This document shows, one piece after another, positions 62,561 through 64,000 of a stretch of 64,000 nt of DNA; the stretch's first letter is position 1, and every line of letters begins with the position of its first letter. Under the pieces are notes generated by a model that made no database searches, had not been told where the DNA came from, and worked only from the letters and a program-made list of their open reading frames with translations. The stretch covers positions 31,264,756-31,328,755 of the forward strand of contig NC_069004.1 of assembly GCF_001194135.2 (NCBI RefSeq), in the 5' to 3' direction. The stretch is from Octopus bimaculoides. Its lineage: Eukaryota. The position numbers were made by a program, and so were the translations under genes.

Positions 62561-63853
62561 ACTTATTAGTCATTCAAAAACTGTTAACTTCACTTAAACA
62601 TTTATTGCTTCATGTGAAAATTTTTATTGCACCAATTATGATCGGGTCACTGACATATTTCCCACTGAAAATGACACAACATAGACGTGGACACCAAATG
62701 AATGTTTGGATAAGGTTAATAGTTTCAGTGTGTCGGTGTCGTCCATGCTATAAATGTCAAACTTACATGACTAACACAGTTTATAGGAAAACATCTAGTC
62801 AAAACATTACCGACCATTTCACACTAATTTATTATACTTGGCAAGATTGACAACTCAAGTGCAGAACCATAGGTAACATTCAGGTCGTTACATGCCATAA
62901 CAAGGAATACACCACAGCTCAACAATATAAAAATATAACTGGTCTCTTTTTCTTTTAGAGCCGGCTTTTTTTTTTTTCCTAACCTATGAACCAACACACA
63001 CACACCGAAATTGCAAGGATAATCTAGAACTCAACAGAGGAAAGAAAATTCCAAATGACCCGTCCTTGTTTTCTTTGTATCATCTATCTGGATGTTTTGT
63101 TGTCCCTTTTTTGTAACCTATAACTGTCTGGATGTTTTGCGTTCTTGTCCCATTTTGTATTTTTTATATATATATTCTATTTTTATACTTATAAAAAGCA
63201 AAGTTAGTTTGTACGTGTACTGCTAATTTCTCTGAACGAAATTGATAATAAGCTAGAGTTTTTTTCCCGTTTCTTCAACTAATCTGACCTCTGTCATGCT
63301 CAGACGTTTTCCCCATCCTGCCCTCGAAAACGGGTTTGGAGGGAGGGAATAAATTATCATTACAATTGAAGTGTGGAAGTTATAAAAATAATTTATGGAC
63401 TCCCTTGTGTGTGTGTGTGTATGTGTGTGCGCGTGCGAGCATTACTTTCATTTTTGAAAATCAGCAGTGGAATATCGTATTTTTGTTTTTGTTTATTTTG
63501 CCGACCAACTTCGTTGGCGCGTTGTTGTTCCTTTCTGTTCAGTATGCATGCAAATATATCTATCTATACACACACACACGCGCGCGCGGCTATCCTTGAG
63601 TTTAGTGTAACTATTTATAACAACACTAACTAAACTTAAATCAGGAGGAAAATTTCAATCCTATTGCAAACAAATATCTCACAGCCACATCTCAAGAGAA
63701 ATGGTTTAAAAAAAGAAAAAAGTTGCCAGCCGTTAAGTAAAAGTAAAAGTAAAATTTTAAACTTAGAGTGTGTGTGTGAGGGCACATACGTGGATGTGTT
63801 GTGTGTGTATATGTGTATATATATTTATATATATGTGCATCTGAGCACATATG

Positions 63854-63889
<36 letters not shown>

Positions 63890-64000
63890 GCATGTGCAGA
63901 TAGATAGAAGTATGTTCCGCACACACAGAAAAACGAATATTGAATTGATGTCCAAATCCTAATGAAAAATATTTTTTTTTGTTTCTAGCCTGGAGAATAT

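Overview
Eukaryotic, AT-rich draft-scaffold DNA with 11 N-gaps, dense microsatellites and several tRNA-headed SINE families. I infer a cephalopod (octopus-like) genome from the repeat landscape; this is not proven. Two convergent spliced genes can be rebuilt by hand with GT-AG junctions and consistent phases. (1) A + strand C12orf56/DUF4551-like gene: 10 coding exons, 3171-16425, 558 aa, with the N-terminal exon(s) upstream of the window or in a gap. (2) A - strand SPATA2/tamozhennic-like gene: 2 coding exons, 37345-37067 and 28648-27410, 505 aa, with a PUB-like domain and two C-terminal RanBP2/NZF zinc fingers. The rest is mostly decayed mobile DNA: mariner, Tc1-like, piggyBac, hAT and Mutator-like MITEs, RTE, CR1-like and Penelope-like retroelements, Helitron-like ends and dozens of SINEs. 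The most notable unannotated signal is a minimal type-I hammerhead ribozyme fold in an intron of the C12orf56-like gene (11058-11100). A CpG-retaining putative promoter zone lies at about 40-44 kb, and orphan exon candidates at 45-48 kb hint at a third gene. No CRISPR array, rRNA or bona fide tRNA is supported. I cannot support a complete novel multi-gene system. All homology calls are from recalled motifs, not database searches.
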